Shown piece by piece: positions 63,360-64,000 of a stretch of DNA of 64,000 nt. The position numbers were made by a program, and so were the translations under genes. The DNA is taken from positions 1,638,515 through 1,702,514 of the forward strand of contig OZ316897.1 of NCBI GenBank assembly GCA_973895155.1. The letters run 5' to 3'. Numbering within the stretch: the stretch's first letter is position 1; every line of letters begins with the position of its first letter. The DNA is from Marsupella aquatica. Its lineage: Eukaryota > Plantae > Marchantiophyta. The notes below the pieces were generated by a model. That model made no database searches, was not told the origin of the DNA, and saw nothing but the letters and a program-made list of their open reading frames with translations.

Positions 63360-64000
63360 TGTTAGGATTTACTCTTAGGTCTAGAGTTACGAATGTACCG
63401 TAGTTAAGACTAACCTTAGTCGCAGACTTGGTTAGGTTAGTCATGCTATGCACACTCTATAACCAAGCGGTTGGATAGACTTATCACTGAGATGGGATTG
63501 CCATAGGGGAATGTGAAGCTCCATTATGATAGTCAGAATGCACTCCACCTTGCTGTGAACCAACTGATGGACAGCAGAGTGAAGCACATCGACGTTAGGT
63601 ACCATTTTATCAGGCAGGCTGTGTCTGATAATATGTTTGAGCTAGTCAAGATTGGAGGTAAACTCAACCCGGCTGACGCTTTTACCAAAGTGATTCCTTT
63701 GGAGAGTTTTTCTAGACACCGTGATGCGTTGCAGGTTTTGCAATTGCCTCACAAGTAGGGTTACTTAACATTTGAGTAGATACTGAGATATGCTCTTGCT
63801 CATTCCTTGTATAGGCTACGGCTTAGTTTTGGTCTACTCTCGTATAAAGAGGGAAAATTTGGTTTGGTTTTTCTTTCCAGAACTTCCCGCTGAGCAATTG
63901 TATTGGTAGCAGTCTTTACCCTCCCCTAGACCAGAGTCAAGGAAGAGATTGTTAGGATTTACTCTTAGGTCTAGAGTTACGAATGTACCGTAGTTAAGAC
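63360..64000 (+). mobile_element. Internally deleted Ty1/copia remnant: partial 5' LTR, RNase H end, PPT, start of 3' LTR
   Basis: Identical TGTTAGGATTT... at 63360 and 63950; HYDSQNALHLA..KHIDVRYHFIR..NPADAFTK at 63513-63758; CAAGGAAGAGAT before 63950. Confidence 0.88.

Overview
Land-plant nuclear DNA (TTTAGGG repeats, GT-AG introns; probably a bryophyte or other seedless plant, inferred) made almost entirely of nested transposable elements, with many C->T nonsense changes. In order: (1) 1-9070, a palindrome-studded segment with a spliced, decayed ~1545-codon gene reading ParB/Srx-like domain, degenerate amino-DNA-methyltransferase-like domain, then Ulp1 protease; (2) two Helitron 3' ends and an RPA70-like ORF; (3) a 4.9-kb TG..CA element with 5-bp TSD and an intact 827-aa ORF (10087-14974); (4) a 10.9-kb CACTA element (17836-28714, TSD ATG) with an intact SET-domain exon inside the first transposase intron, nested in a 27-bp-TIR element; (5) an Athila-like Ty3/gypsy element whose gag is split by a second, 4.0-kb TG..CA element with 5-bp TSD and a long ORF (35549-39562; second truncated copy 56822-60198); (6) an FCP1/NIF phosphatase pseudogene preceded by tandem mini-exons, a MULE transposase pseudogene and a deleted Ty1/copia remnant. 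The strongest novelty candidates are the giant protein-coding solo LTRs, the SET-in-CACTA splice switch and the ParB-MTase-Ulp1 gene with its palindrome array. All domain calls are by-eye motif recognition; no searches were run.
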